Made by a program: the position numbers and the translations under genes. Shown piece after piece: positions 35,204 to 45,333 of a stretch of 64,000 nucleotides of DNA. Source of the stretch: Patescibacteria group bacterium (GTDB lineage: Bacteria > Patescibacteriota > Minisyncoccia > Minisyncoccales > UBA5738). The notes under the pieces were generated by a model, which did not search any database, was not told the origin of the DNA, and saw only the letters and a list, made by a program, of their open reading frames with translations. The number at the start of each line of letters is the position of its first letter. Position 1 is the stretch's first letter. Location: contig JAXDBQ010000032.1 of the NCBI GenBank assembly GCA_034678605.1, positions 40,265-104,264 of the forward strand, in the 5' to 3' direction.

Positions 35204-37345
35204 CTATTCCAAGTGGGCGCGGTCGCGGAAACGGGCGACGCGGGCGCGTAGTTGGGGGTGGCGCGACAGGTCGGGGTCGGTTTGCAAAACGCCTTTGGCC
35301 GCGGCCCGGGATTTTTCCAGCAAAAACACATCGGCAAGCGAAGCCATGGCAAGATCGGGCGCGCCCCATTGTTGGGAGCCAAACACTTCGCCCGGGCCGC
35401 GGATTTCCAGATCTTTTTCGGCCAATTGAAAACCGCTGTCGAATTTGAGCATGGCGTTTAGCCGCCTTGTGGGATAATCGCAAAACAGCAGGCAATATGA
35501 CTGATGCTGGCCGCGGCCCACGCGGCCGCGGAATTGGTGCAGTTGCGCCAGGCCGAATTTGTGGCTGCCTTCGATAGCCATGATCGCGGCGTTGGGAATG
35601 TCGATACCCACTTCGATCACCGAGGTGGACACCAAAATATCAATTTGGCCGGCGTTCATTTTGGCCATGGTCGCTTGCTTTTCTTCGGTTTTCATTTTGC
35701 CGTGCAGCATGGCCACGCGCGTTTCCGGGAATATTTCTTTTGATAATTTTTCATATTCAACTTTCACCGCTTTTACGGCATCGGCGCCGGACCAGTCGGC
35801 CTTGGGGTCAAACAAAATGCCGTCGCGCTTGAATTCGGGTTTATCTTCTTCGGGATCGATGCGCGGGCAGATCACAAACGCTTGCCGGCCGGCGTTTATT
35901 TCCTGGCGAATAAATTCGTAGGCCTTGGCTCTTTCGCCGGGCAAGATGATTTGGGTTTTGATTTTGGCGCGGCCTTCGGGCATTTGGTCGATCAGCGAAA
36001 TATCCAGATCGCCATAAATCGTGAGCGCCAGGGTGCGGGGGATCGGCGTGGCGGTCATGGAAAGCAAATGCGGCGTGGCGGCGTTTGTTTTGCCGGTTTG
36101 ATGGTTGCGCGCCAGCGCGGCGCGTTGATCGATGCCAAAGCGGTGCTGTTCGTCCAAAACGATTAAATTCAAGTTTTTAAACGCTACGCCTTTTTGGATT
36201 AACGCGTTGGTGCCGACAATAATTTTTATTTCGCCGGTTTTTATCAGCTCGAGGAGCGTTTTTTTTGACGCCGCGCCATAACTTGAAGCCGCGCAATTTT
36301 TGGCACAGAGCAAACCGATCTCGATCCCGAACGGCGCCAGCATTTTGGAAAAACCGGCAAAGTGCTGGCGGGCGAGAATTTCGGTGGGAACCATGATCGC
36401 GGTTTGGCCGCCGTTTTTGGCGCACGCCAACGCGGCGATCATTGCCACCACGGTTTTTCCCGAGCCCACATCGCCTTGGAGCAGGCGGTTCATCGGCCGG
36501 GGTTTTTCCATATCTTTTAAAACCTGATAGGCGGTTTTGCGCTGGGCCTCGGTGAGTTTGAAGGGCAACGACCGCACGAATTCTTTTGTTAACTTTGCGT
36601 CAAACAAAATCGAAACGGCCATTTCTTTATTCAAGCGGATCCGTTCGCGCAGCACAGCCAATTGGATGAAGAACAATTCTTCAAACGCGAAACGTTTGCG
36701 GGCCGCCGCCGCCATCTCTTCGGAATCCGGGAAATGAATTTGCTTGATGGCTTCGCTCCATGGCATGAATTCATAGGCGGCCAGAATGTTGTTTGGCAAG
36801 GGGTCGGCAAAGCGGGAAAATCCGGCCAGCAGCGGCTTGATGATGTAGCGCAGCCAGCGGCTGGTGACGCCGGCGGTTTCCGGATAGACCGGCACCAGGC
36901 GGCCGGTGTGGGTGTAATTTTCTTCGGTTTCAAAGCGGTCGCGCACTTTTTCGTACATCGGGTTGGAAAGGTATTTGCCGCCTTTTTTGTCAACCAATTT
37001 GCCGGCTAAGCAAACGATTGTGCCTTTTTTGAGCTGGGCGGCTAAATATGGCTGGTTGAACCACAAAACCTTCACCGATCCGGTGGCGTCTTTTACCATC
37101 GCTTCAATGAGGGTCATATGCCGTTTCCAGATGCGGATGATTTTGATGCTGTCGATTTGGCCTTGAATGCAGGCGGTTTTGTCGACCTCCAAATCGGCGA
37201 TGTCGGCGCGCGCCGAAAAATCTTGATACCGGGTTGGGAAGTGGTACAAAAGATCGCGCATCGTTAAAATCCCCAGGTTTTTTAATCGGGATTTATAGGC
37301 CGGCGAAATCCGGGTGAATTTTTCAATGGGAGTTTCAAGATCCAC
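35204..37345 (-). CDS. recG: ATP-dependent DNA helicase RecG
   Basis: 713 aa; wedge domain, DEQHRFG (DExH), helicase C-terminal motifs. Confidence 0.9.
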   Translation of the reverse strand: MDLETPIEKFTRISPAYKSRLKNLGILTMRDLLYHFPTRYQDFSARADIADLEVDKTACIQGQIDSIKIIRIWKRHMTLIEAMVKDATGSVKVLWFNQPYLAAQLKKGTIVCLAGKLVDKKGGKYLSNPMYEKVRDRFETEENYTHTGRLVPVYPETAGVTSRWLRYIIKPLLAGFSRFADPLPNNILAAYEFMPWSEAIKQIHFPDSEEMAAAARKRFAFEELFFIQLAVLRERIRLNKEMAVSILFDAKLTKEFVRSLPFKLTEAQRKTAYQVLKDMEKPRPMNRLLQGDVGSGKTVVAMIAALACAKNGGQTAIMVPTEILARQHFAGFSKMLAPFGIEIGLLCAKNCAASSYGAASKKTLLELIKTGEIKIIVGTNALIQKGVAFKNLNLIVLDEQHRFGIDQRAALARNHQTGKTNAATPHLLSMTATPIPRTLALTIYGDLDISLIDQMPEGRAKIKTQIILPGERAKAYEFIRQEINAGRQAFVICPRIDPEEDKPEFKRDGILFDPKADWSGADAVKAVKVEYEKLSKEIFPETRVAMLHGKMKTEEKQATMAKMNAGQIDILVSTSVIEVGIDIPNAAIMAIEGSHKFGLAQLHQFRGRVGRGQHQSYCLLFCDYPTRRLNAMLKFDSGFQLAEKDLEIRGPGEVFGSQQWGAPDLAMASLADVFLLEKSRAAAKGVLQTDPDLSRHPQLRARVARFRDRAHLE

Positions 37346-37520
37346 CGAAATAAATCCGAATATCGAATATCGAAATCCGAAACAATATCAAATGACCTAA
37401 ATTAAAATGATCAAAACATGGTTCTTGGCTTGTTTTGTTTTTTTAGATTTTTGAGATTTTGAAATTGTTTCGATATTCGGATTTCGATATTTGGATTTTT
37501 TTGATATTTAATCTTATGCT
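37346..37520. repeat. Family-1 palindromic element
   Basis: ccgaatatcgaatatcgaaatccgaaacaatatcaaat ... ttgtttcgatattcggatttcgatatttggattt. Confidence 0.65.
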
Positions 37521-37554
37521 ATAATAAATAACATAAAAGAAGATTAACTTAAAT

Positions 37555-37626
37555 AATCGATAAAGTCGCGAGCGTTAAAGGCATTTTTATTTTGCGCTTT
37601 ACGCTTTGCGCTTTACGTTTAATTTT
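37555..37626. repeat. Family-2 repeat (tttgcgctttacgctttgcgctttacgttt) upstream of SPFH gene
   Basis: Direct reading. Confidence 0.55.
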
Positions 37627-38478
37627 ATGGCTAATTATCAATCTCAGGAAATCAACGCGGTTTCGGCGCTTTTGTCGCTGATTATCGGCGCGATCGCGTT
37701 GGGGTTTCCGGCCTATGGGATTTGGGGGTGGTTTGGGATCTTTTTGGTGGTGGCGGGATTCGCGTTGATGCTGGTGATCATCGGGTTGCGGGTGATTGAT
37801 CAATATGAGCGGGGAATTGTTTTGACTTTGGGGCAATATTCGGGCACGCGCGGCCCGGGCCTCACCTGGATATTCGTGGGCATTCAACGGATGATCAAAG
37901 TTGATATGCGCATTACCACCGTGGACATTCCGTCGCAGGAAGTGATCACCAAAGATAATGTGCCGGTGGGGATCAACGCGGTGGTTTATTTTCAGGTGGA
38001 GTCGGCCGAGAAATCGATCTTGAATATTAAGGATTACACGTTGGCGGTGGCGCAATACGCGCAAGCGGCGTTGCGCGACGTGATTGGCGGCATCGAGCTT
38101 GATCCGTTGTTGAGCGAGCGGGAAAAAATTTCCGACGCCATCAAACAAATCGTGGATCAGGCCACGACCGGTTGGGGAATAAATGTTACCGATATCAAGA
38201 TTCAAGATATCGAACTGCCCGCGGATATGAAGCGGGTGATGGCCAAACAGGCCGAATCCGAACGCGAGCGCCGGGCAATCATTATCCGCGCCGAAGGCGA
38301 ATTTCAGGCCTCGGCCAAATTGGCCGAAGCCGCCAAGATGCTCACCGAAACCCCGGGGGGATTGTCGATGCGCACTCTGCAAACCATCGAAAAGATTAAT
38401 CCCGATCCGTCAAAGACCGTGATCTTTGCCTTGCCGGTGGAGATCATGGAGGGTTTCAAAAAACTTGCGGGCAAATAA
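37627..38478 (+). CDS. SPFH/band-7 (stomatin/prohibitin-like) membrane protein
   Basis: Track ORF 37606..38478 (its first 7 codons lie in the repeat; start moved to MANYQSQ); SPFH blocks TTVDIPSQEVITKDNVPVGINAVVYF, INVTDIKIQDIELP. Confidence 0.85.
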   Translation: MANYQSQEINAVSALLSLIIGAIALGFPAYGIWGWFGIFLVVAGFALMLVIIGLRVIDQYERGIVLTLGQYSGTRGPGLTWIFVGIQRMIKVDMRITTVDIPSQEVITKDNVPVGINAVVYFQVESAEKSILNIKDYTLAVAQYAQAALRDVIGGIELDPLLSEREKISDAIKQIVDQATTGWGINVTDIKIQDIELPADMKRVMAKQAESERERRAIIIRAEGEFQASAKLAEAAKMLTETPGGLSMRTLQTIEKINPDPSKTVIFALPVEIMEGFKKLAGK

Positions 38479-38607
38479 TTTTGGTTTTAAGTATCTAAAC
38501 ATTTAAACACGGGGCGGGCGCGAGGGCTCGCCCTTTTCGCGATTGTTGAAATTTAAGAATTCGGGTTATAATCGTAGTGGACAAGCCGGGGAATAATTCG
38601 GGAAAAT

Positions 38608-39537
38608 ATGTTGAAAAACAAAATTTTTTTGGTGATCGACGGCAATTCGGTGGCGCATCGGGCGTTTCATGCCATGCCCGCCCTCACCAACAAAAAAGGT
38701 CAGGCGGTGGGCGCGGTCCATGGTTTTATGTTGGCGTTATTGCGCGCGGTTGAAGATTTTCGACCCGATTTTTTGGCGGTGTGCTTTGACACCAAAGGCG
38801 GCACTTTTCGCAACGCGGAATTCAAAGATTACAAGGCCCAGCGGCCGGCCACGCCGCCGGATCTCATCTCGCAACTGGCGCTTTTAAAAGATATTTTGCC
38901 AAAAATGGGCGGCGCGGTGTTTGCCCAAGAAGGGTTTGAGGCTGATGATTTGATCGCGGCGGTGATCGCGGCGGCCAAAAAAGAATCGCCGGCGGTTGAT
39001 TTTTTTATTTTAACCGGCGATTACGACAGTTTGCAATTGGTTGACGGCGGCGTCAAAGCTTTTATTGTCAATCGTGGCATAAAAAACGCCGTGCTTTTCG
39101 ACGCGGCCGCGGTGAAAGAAAAATTCGGCGTAGCGCCCCAAAACATCCCGGCGTTGAAAGCGTTGGCCGGCGACAGCTCCGACAATATTCCGGGCGCGGT
39201 TGGTATCGGCCCCAAGGTCGCGGCGGAAGTTTTGGAAAAATACGGCAATTTGGAAAACGCGCTGGCGGCCGCGACTCGCGCGGATGATTATTGTTTCGGC
39301 GCCGGGGACCGCGGTAAAAAGATCAAGCGAATCCTTTTGGAAAACAAGGAGCAGGTCTTGAAATTTCAAAGATTGACCGCGATGCGGACCGACGCGCCGG
39401 TGGGGGAAGTTTTGGATAAATGTTCTTTTTCGGGGTTTGCCGGCGCGGCGGCGCAAGCGCTTTTGGACATCGGTTTGGCCGGCATTGCCAAACGATTGCC
39501 TCGCGAAGGCGCCGGCCGGCCGCAAACTTTGTTCTGA
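38608..39537 (+). CDS. 5'-3' exonuclease (Pol I N-terminal/FEN-like)
   Basis: IDGNSVAHRAFHA ... EADDLIA ... GIGPKVAAEVLEKYG (HhH2) motifs; 309 aa. Confidence 0.85.
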   Translation: MLKNKIFLVIDGNSVAHRAFHAMPALTNKKGQAVGAVHGFMLALLRAVEDFRPDFLAVCFDTKGGTFRNAEFKDYKAQRPATPPDLISQLALLKDILPKMGGAVFAQEGFEADDLIAAVIAAAKKESPAVDFFILTGDYDSLQLVDGGVKAFIVNRGIKNAVLFDAAAVKEKFGVAPQNIPALKALAGDSSDNIPGAVGIGPKVAAEVLEKYGNLENALAAATRADDYCFGAGDRGKKIKRILLENKEQVLKFQRLTAMRTDAPVGEVLDKCSFSGFAGAAAQALLDIGLAGIAKRLPREGAGRPQTLF

Positions 39538-39613
39538 TGTTTTCACGAAAGTTGTGTTATCATAAAAAATGAGGGGTGTTGTTAATTAGCCGATTGTTTA
39601 ATATTCTCAATCT

Positions 39614-40846
39614 ATGGATTTTGTTGATGCCGTCAATATCGCGGGGCTGGCTGACAAAATGTTTGTTTTTTTGATTAACGCGGTTGGACTTGAATTGATT
39701 TTGTGGCTGTATATCGCCAGCCGGCGCGTTTTTTTAGGCCGCTTGCTTTTGTACGGATCTTTTTGTTTTTTGCTGTGGTTCAATCTTGATTTTATCGCCA
39801 CCCAGGCAGTCGAGCTTTTTTCGTTGTCCGCGGCCACAACCTTGGTGCTTTGGTCGTTTCGAGCGATGTACGCGCTTTTGGCGGTGTTTTTTGCTTTATT
39901 TTATGTTTTTTGCTTGAATTTTCCGGCGGCCAATCCGCTTAATGGCCGTCAGCGCCAAAAGAGGCGGGCGGCCGCCGCGGCCGGATCGTTTTTTGCCGCG
40001 GCATCATTATCTTCAATGGTCGTCGAAGGCGCGGTTTTTGACGCGAATTTTCCGGTTTTTTCATGGATAATTCCCGGCGGATTGTTTTGGTTTTATTGCG
40101 GCGCGGCGTTATTGGCATTGTTTTTCTCGTTTCGGGAGCTTTCGCGCAACCGCCGTTTGGCCGACGCGCAAAACCGGCAAAAGTTGAAGTTGGCGGCGGT
40201 TGCCGGCGGATTTTTTGGCGTTTTTAATTTGATCTTCAATGTTATTATGCCGGGCATCGGCCCGATTTCGGGTTATGTTGGTTTTTTCGCGCTTTTTGCC
40301 AATCATGCCATTGTGGCGTTGTTGGGATATGCCGTTTATTTGGCGGCGCGAGATAATCTTTCCGGAATTAAAATAATACTGGTGGAAATATTCGTGGGGT
40401 TGATGGGGGCCAGCTTGGTGGTGATGCCGTTTTTTGTTGATTTTTTGTGGCAAAAAACATTGTTGATTTTGTTATTCTTGCTTTTTTGCGTTTTTGGCTA
40501 TCTTTTGATTAAAAGCGCGGTGAAGGAATACCGGGAAAAAGAAATGCTGGAACAAAAGGTCGTGGAAAGAACGAAAGAATTGGAGTTGGCCAAAAACGAT
40601 CTTGAAGAGACGAATTTGATGTTGGAAGCGCGCGTGCGGTCGCGAACCAAAGAGTTGGAACAATTGAATGAAACCTTGGAAGAAAAGATCGATTCGCGCA
40701 CTAAAGATTTGAAAGAAAAAATTAAAGATCTTGAGACGTTTCAGCGGATCACGGTGGGCCGTGAATTAAAAATGATTGAACTCAAAAAGGAAATTGAAAG
40801 GTTGAGGTTCGCCGCCGGCTTTGAGCGCGCGCGAAAAAGCGTTTAA
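39614..40846 (+). CDS. Polytopic membrane sensor-domain protein with C-terminal coiled-coil/signalling helix; possibly the detached N-terminus of the downstream histidine kinase
   Basis: About 8 TM helices, then heptad repeats ERTKELELAKNDLEE...; 3' end overlaps the next ORF by 26 bp in another frame. Confidence 0.5.
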   Translation: MDFVDAVNIAGLADKMFVFLINAVGLELILWLYIASRRVFLGRLLLYGSFCFLLWFNLDFIATQAVELFSLSAATTLVLWSFRAMYALLAVFFALFYVFCLNFPAANPLNGRQRQKRRAAAAAGSFFAAASLSSMVVEGAVFDANFPVFSWIIPGGLFWFYCGAALLALFFSFRELSRNRRLADAQNRQKLKLAAVAGGFFGVFNLIFNVIMPGIGPISGYVGFFALFANHAIVALLGYAVYLAARDNLSGIKIILVEIFVGLMGASLVVMPFFVDFLWQKTLLILLFLLFCVFGYLLIKSAVKEYREKEMLEQKVVERTKELELAKNDLEETNLMLEARVRSRTKELEQLNETLEEKIDSRTKDLKEKIKDLETFQRITVGRELKMIELKKEIERLRFAAGFERARKSV

Positions 40847-42203
40847 TAAACGCAAATTATCCATGAGCAAAATAACAAATGAATCGGCGCCTGTCGCCGT
40901 TGAAAACGCGCGAAATTTTGCCGATCAAACCAAAGAGGTTGAAATTTTGGAAGCGGATTTGGCCGCGGCAGACGATAAATCGCGTGAAATTGCCGAAAGC
41001 TTTGAAAAACAAATCAAGGAGCAGGCGCGCGAATTAAGGGCAAAAATTAAAGAATCGGAGGATTCGCGCGTGGCGTTGATGAATATGTTGGAAGATATGG
41101 AGGACCTGAGGCGCCGGGCGGAAGAAGAAAAAGAAAAAACATTGGCGATTATCGCTAATTTTTCCGATGGGCTGATGTTTTTCGACGCTGAAGAAAATTT
41201 GGAATTGGTGAATTCGCGAATGGAAGTTTATTTTGAAATTCCAAAGGGGGCGGGGTCCAAAATCGTTGGCAAAAAAATCGCCGATCTTGGCGTCGTTCCC
41301 GCGTTAAAACCGTTAGTTGAATTATTGGCCAAAGAATCCAAACCGGTGTTTCGCAAAGAGCTTTTTATGAGTGAAAAAGCGGTTTTTGAAGTGAGTTTAT
41401 CGGATATCTCGGGTTTTCATGGCAAGATCGGCTCGTTGTTGATAGCTCACGATATCACTCGGGAAAAATCGGTGGAAAGAATGAAAACCGAGTTTGTTTC
41501 CATCGCGGCTCATCAGTTGCGCACGCCGATATCGGCGATCAAGTGGACGTTGAGAATGATATTGGACGGGGATTTGGGGCCGATAAACAGCGAGCAGCGC
41601 GATTTTTTGGAAAAAACCTATAAATCCAACGAGCGGATGATTGTGTTGATCAATGATTTGCTCAATGTGACGCGCATCGAAGAAGGCCGGCTCATATTTG
41701 ATCTTGCTTTGGTTGATATGGGCAAGATCGCGCAATCGCTGGCGGTTTCTTATATCGACATTGCCAAGCAGAAAAATATTAACATTGAGATTGAAGACAG
41801 CCGCGGCGCGGCCTTGCTTGAGGCGAGGGTTGATGTTGAAAAGATCAAATTGGTGATTTCGAATTTAATTGAAAACGCGATAAAATATACTCCGGCCGGA
41901 GGGAAAATAATCGTTGCCGCGGGCGAGATTGGCGGCAATGTGGAGGTGGCGGTGCGCGATACGGGCATGGGAATCCCGGCCAGCCAGTATGAACGTATTT
42001 TTACCAAATATTTTCGCGGCGCCAATGCCGTCAAAATGGAAACCGAAGGCACGGGATTGGGGTTGTTTATCGCCAAAAATATCGTGGAAAGCCACGGCGG
42101 AAAAATATGGTTCGAATCGGTTGAGGGTCGCGGCGCCACGTTTTTTTTCACCATTCCAAAACCGTCCTCGCCGGCCGGCGGGGAAAAAACGAATGTTGCT
42201 TAG
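40821..42203 (+). CDS. Sensor histidine kinase (PAS, HisKA, HATPase_c), no TM segment of its own
   Basis: H-box AAHQLRTPISAIKW; N, G1, G2 boxes (NLIENAIKYT, DTGMGIP, GTGLGLFIAKNIVESHGG). Confidence 0.85.
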   Translation: MSAREKAFNKRKLSMSKITNESAPVAVENARNFADQTKEVEILEADLAAADDKSREIAESFEKQIKEQARELRAKIKESEDSRVALMNMLEDMEDLRRRAEEEKEKTLAIIANFSDGLMFFDAEENLELVNSRMEVYFEIPKGAGSKIVGKKIADLGVVPALKPLVELLAKESKPVFRKELFMSEKAVFEVSLSDISGFHGKIGSLLIAHDITREKSVERMKTEFVSIAAHQLRTPISAIKWTLRMILDGDLGPINSEQRDFLEKTYKSNERMIVLINDLLNVTRIEEGRLIFDLALVDMGKIAQSLAVSYIDIAKQKNINIEIEDSRGAALLEARVDVEKIKLVISNLIENAIKYTPAGGKIIVAAGEIGGNVEVAVRDTGMGIPASQYERIFTKYFRGANAVKMETEGTGLGLFIAKNIVESHGGKIWFESVEGRGATFFFTIPKPSSPAGGEKTNVA

Positions 42204-42289
42204 TAAAAATCGGTTTACCTTGCGTTTGATCCGGTTTTTAGTTAAAATGGCAGTAAATCGCGCCGCGCGAATTATTATTCCATAATCAA

Positions 42290-42658
42290 ATGGCAAAAAA
42301 AATTCTTATTGTTGAAGACGACAAATTTTTGCGGGAATTGATCGTTAGAAAGCTTTCGCACGAAGGATACGACACGATCGAGGCGGCCGATGGCGAAGAA
42401 GGGTTGCGAAAAATCAAAGAGGATAGGCCGGATTTGGTGCTTTTAGATTTGATTTTGCCGGGCATCGACGGGTTTGAAGTTTTGACGCAAAAAAAGGAAG
42501 ATCCTTTTATCGCGATGGTGCCGGTGATCGTTCTTTCCAACCTTGGACAAAAAGAAGACGTGGACAAGGGGCTGAATCTTGGCGCGACCGATTATTTGAT
42601 CAAAGCGCATTTTACGCCGGGCGATATTATTGAAAAAGTTCGCAATATTATTAAATGA
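42290..42658 (+). CDS. Stand-alone response-regulator receiver domain protein
   Basis: KILIVEDD...LVLLDLILPGIDGFEV...LSNL..K; 122 aa. Confidence 0.85.
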   Translation: MAKKILIVEDDKFLRELIVRKLSHEGYDTIEAADGEEGLRKIKEDRPDLVLLDLILPGIDGFEVLTQKKEDPFIAMVPVIVLSNLGQKEDVDKGLNLGATDYLIKAHFTPGDIIEKVRNIIK

Positions 42659-43574
42659 GATGGTGATTTTTCTCTACGGTCCGGACACCTTCCGGCTTAA
42701 TCGGAAGTTGAAGCAAATAATCAATGAATATAAAAATCGCGGCCGCGGAATCAATTTCGCGGTTTTTAACTCGCTTGACGAGCCGGCCAATGATTTTTTT
42801 GCCGAATTGCGCCAAGATTCTCTTTTTGGGGAGAAAAAACTTTTTGTCGTTAAAGCCCCCGTGTCTAACAAAGAATTTAAAGAATCGCTGATCGATGGCA
42901 TCGAAAAAATTGCCGCTTCCGAACACAATATCGTTTTTGTTCAAGAGGGCAAGGTTTTGAAAGCCGATCGCCTGTTGAAGGCGCTGTCAAAACTCGGCCA
43001 AACGCAAGAATTTGATCTTTTGGAAAACGCCGGCGTTGAATCTTGGGCCGCGGCCGAATTCAAGCGGCTTGGAAAACCGGTGTCGCCAAAAGTTGTTCGA
43101 TTGCTGGTTGAACGCGTTGGCAATGATCTTTGGCGATTGGAAAACGAGATTCAAAAATTGGTTCATTTCGCGATTGACAGGGAGATCAATATTGATGATG
43201 TCGCCAAAAATGTGACGCCGGCAATAAGCGCCGGGGTGTTCGATGCCATTGACGCGGTGGCGAGCCGCAGTCGCGAGCGGATGTTTGCTTTAACGCGGGA
43301 ACGACTTGCCGCCGGCGATCACCCAATCTATTTTTTGGCAATGGTTGCCGGGCAATTGAAAAATTTGCTTTTGATAAAATCGTCTCCCGCGGCCGGCGCC
43401 GCCGGGTTGGGGATGCATCCTTTCGTATTTGGCAAATCACGGGCGCAAGCGAATCGGTTTTCCCTTGACGAGTTGAAAGCCGCTTATCGGACGGTTTGCG
43501 GGACGGATTTGGACATCAAAACCGGGCGGGTGAGTCCGGAAGCGGGTTTGGACATGCTTTTGGCGCGAATTTGA
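42630..43574 (+). CDS. holA: DNA polymerase III delta subunit
   Basis: 314 aa; HolA-like N-terminal motif LYGPDTFRL, clamp-loader delta architecture. Confidence 0.75.
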   Translation: MKKFAILLNEMVIFLYGPDTFRLNRKLKQIINEYKNRGRGINFAVFNSLDEPANDFFAELRQDSLFGEKKLFVVKAPVSNKEFKESLIDGIEKIAASEHNIVFVQEGKVLKADRLLKALSKLGQTQEFDLLENAGVESWAAAEFKRLGKPVSPKVVRLLVERVGNDLWRLENEIQKLVHFAIDREINIDDVAKNVTPAISAGVFDAIDAVASRSRERMFALTRERLAAGDHPIYFLAMVAGQLKNLLLIKSSPAAGAAGLGMHPFVFGKSRAQANRFSLDELKAAYRTVCGTDLDIKTGRVSPEAGLDMLLARI

Positions 43575-43596
43575 TTGACTATTGACTATTAATTAA

Positions 43597-43624
43597 AACG
43601 CCCTTTTTAAAGGGCGTTTTTTGC
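43597..43624. terminator. Bidirectional terminator shared by holA and rpsT
   Basis: aaaacgccc-tttttaa-agggcgtttttt; rpsT stop codon lies in the loop. Confidence 0.7.
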
Positions 43625-43873
43625 CAGGAATTTTGCCAACCTTGATTTTTTGCGGCTGGCGGCGTTGGGCTTGATCAAGCCGGTTTTAGCGGCTTTATCC
43701 AACGATTTATAAGCCAGAACCAGATTTTTTTGAGCTTCGGCGGTTTTTTTTGCCGTTGCCATCCCCCGGGTGGCTTTCAGGATCGATTTCAAATTTTGCT
43801 TGGCGGTTTTGTTTTTGGCGCGCCGTTTGGCATTTTGGCGCAAGGCCTTTTTGGCGGATTTGATAATGGGCAT
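43607..43873 (-). CDS. rpsT: 30S ribosomal protein S20
   Basis: MPIIKSAKKALRQNAKRRAKNK... Confidence 0.9.
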   Translation of the reverse strand: MPIIKSAKKALRQNAKRRAKNKTAKQNLKSILKATRGMATAKKTAEAQKNLVLAYKSLDKAAKTGLIKPNAASRKKSRLAKFLAKNAL

Positions 43874-43894
43874 GTTTCAAATTAAAAATTATAT

Positions 43895-43945
43895 GCCGGA
43901 GGCGCATCCGTCCTCTGGCGGAAAAACTAAAAGTTAAAATACGCG
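43895..43945. promoter_or_regulatory. Copy of conserved GCCGGAGGCGCATCCGTCCTCTGGCGGAAAAA motif (family 7) in divergent rpsT/Mur-ligase promoter region
   Basis: Same motif at 54331 and, inverted, inside family-1 elements at 18263 and 53100. Confidence 0.5.
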
Positions 43946-44003
43946 ACAAGGCAAACTATATCACATTTTTTGATTTTTGCAAGAGTGATTGGTATAATGC
44001 GAT

Positions 44004-45281
44004 ATGGCGCCAAAATCAATTGTAAAAAAAATAATTCCGGAATTCGCGATCGGGGGATACCATTATTTGGCGGCGTTTTTGGGGGCGCTGTTTTTTGGGT
44101 TTCCGAGCCGGAAGATAAAGGTGATCGGCGTGACCGGGACCAACGGCAAATCAAGCACGGCCGCGATGATCGATAGGATTTTGAACGAGGCCGGCGTTAA
44201 AACCGCCTTGTCGTCGTCGGTGGAATTCCGGATCGGCGATAAAGCTTGGAAAAATTCGTCGCGCATGACCATGCCGGGAAGGTTCGCGTTGCAAAAATTC
44301 TTGCGGCAAGCGGTTGCCGCCGGCTGCCAATATGCGGTGGTCGAGGTGAGTTCCGAGGGCGTGCGCCAGCACCGGCACCGGTTCATTGATTTTGAAGCGG
44401 CGGTTTTCACCAATCTCGCCCCCGAGCACATTGAATCTCATGGAAGTTTTGAAAAATATCGGGCGGCCAAGGGCGAGTTTTTTAAGGCATGCCGCAAGAT
44501 CCATATTCTTAACGCCGATGACGCCAATTGCGGTTATTTTGCTCAATTTCGGGCTCAGAAAAAATACGGATATGCCATTGAAGGCAAAAACAATAATATC
44601 AGTGAAATGGCGGGCGGAGAAATTGTTTTGGCGCGAAATATTAAATTATCGCCGATCGGATCATCGTTTGAGATTGCCGGCCGCCGGTTTGATTTGAAAA
44701 TTTTGGGCGAATTCAATGTTTATAACGCGCTGGCCGCGATTGCTTGCGCCCGGTCGCAAGGAGTTGATTTGGACATTTGCCGAACCGCGCTGGCGGGAAT
44801 GGAAGCGGTGCCCGGACGGATGGAGCGAGTAATCGGCGCGCCGTTTGAAGTTTTTGTTGACTACGCGGTAACGCCGGACGCGTTGGGAAAGGCCTATCAA
44901 ACCGCCAAGATCGGCCTTGGAAGCGGCAAATTGATTTGCGTGCTGGGCGCGTGCGGCGGCGGGCGCGATAAGTGGAAGAGGCCGGTAATGGGCGGTTTGG
45001 CCAAAAAGTATTGCGATCGGGTTATCCTGGCCAACGAGGACCCTTATGACGAGGATTCTCAAAAGATCATCGACCAGATCGCCGGTGACGGTGCCCCCAA
45101 TATCGAAAAGATCGTCGACCGGCGGAAAGCGATAAAAAGGGCGTTGGCAATGGCCAAGCCCGGCGATCGAGTGCTGGTTACCGGCAAGGGATGCGAGGAT
45201 TCAATGTGCTTGGCCGCCGGCAAAAAGATGCCGTGGAACGACAAAACGGTAATTTTGGAAGAAATGGCCGGGTTGGGATGA
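44004..45281 (+). CDS. Mur ligase family protein (MurE-like UDP-MurNAc-tripeptide synthetase)
   Basis: GVTGTNGKSSTAAMI P-loop; C-terminal GDRVLVTGKGCED resembles MurE GKGHE region; 425 aa, short for MurE so the family member is uncertain. Confidence 0.65.
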   Translation: MAPKSIVKKIIPEFAIGGYHYLAAFLGALFFGFPSRKIKVIGVTGTNGKSSTAAMIDRILNEAGVKTALSSSVEFRIGDKAWKNSSRMTMPGRFALQKFLRQAVAAGCQYAVVEVSSEGVRQHRHRFIDFEAAVFTNLAPEHIESHGSFEKYRAAKGEFFKACRKIHILNADDANCGYFAQFRAQKKYGYAIEGKNNNISEMAGGEIVLARNIKLSPIGSSFEIAGRRFDLKILGEFNVYNALAAIACARSQGVDLDICRTALAGMEAVPGRMERVIGAPFEVFVDYAVTPDALGKAYQTAKIGLGSGKLICVLGACGGGRDKWKRPVMGGLAKKYCDRVILANEDPYDEDSQKIIDQIAGDGAPNIEKIVDRRKAIKRALAMAKPGDRVLVTGKGCEDSMCLAAGKKMPWNDKTVILEEMAGLG

Positions 45282-45302
45282 TAGGGTTTTGGATTTAAGC
45301 AA

Positions 45303-45333
45303 AAAATACGCCGCACGGCGTATTTTTTTGCGT
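45303..45333 (+). terminator. Rho-independent terminator
   Basis: aaaaaatacgccg-cac-ggcgtattttttt. Confidence 0.7.

Noticed and set aside
37549-38382. 277-aa ORF antisense to the SPFH gene
   Set aside because: The SPFH domain on the plus strand is unambiguous. The antisense product is His/Arg/Gly-rich.
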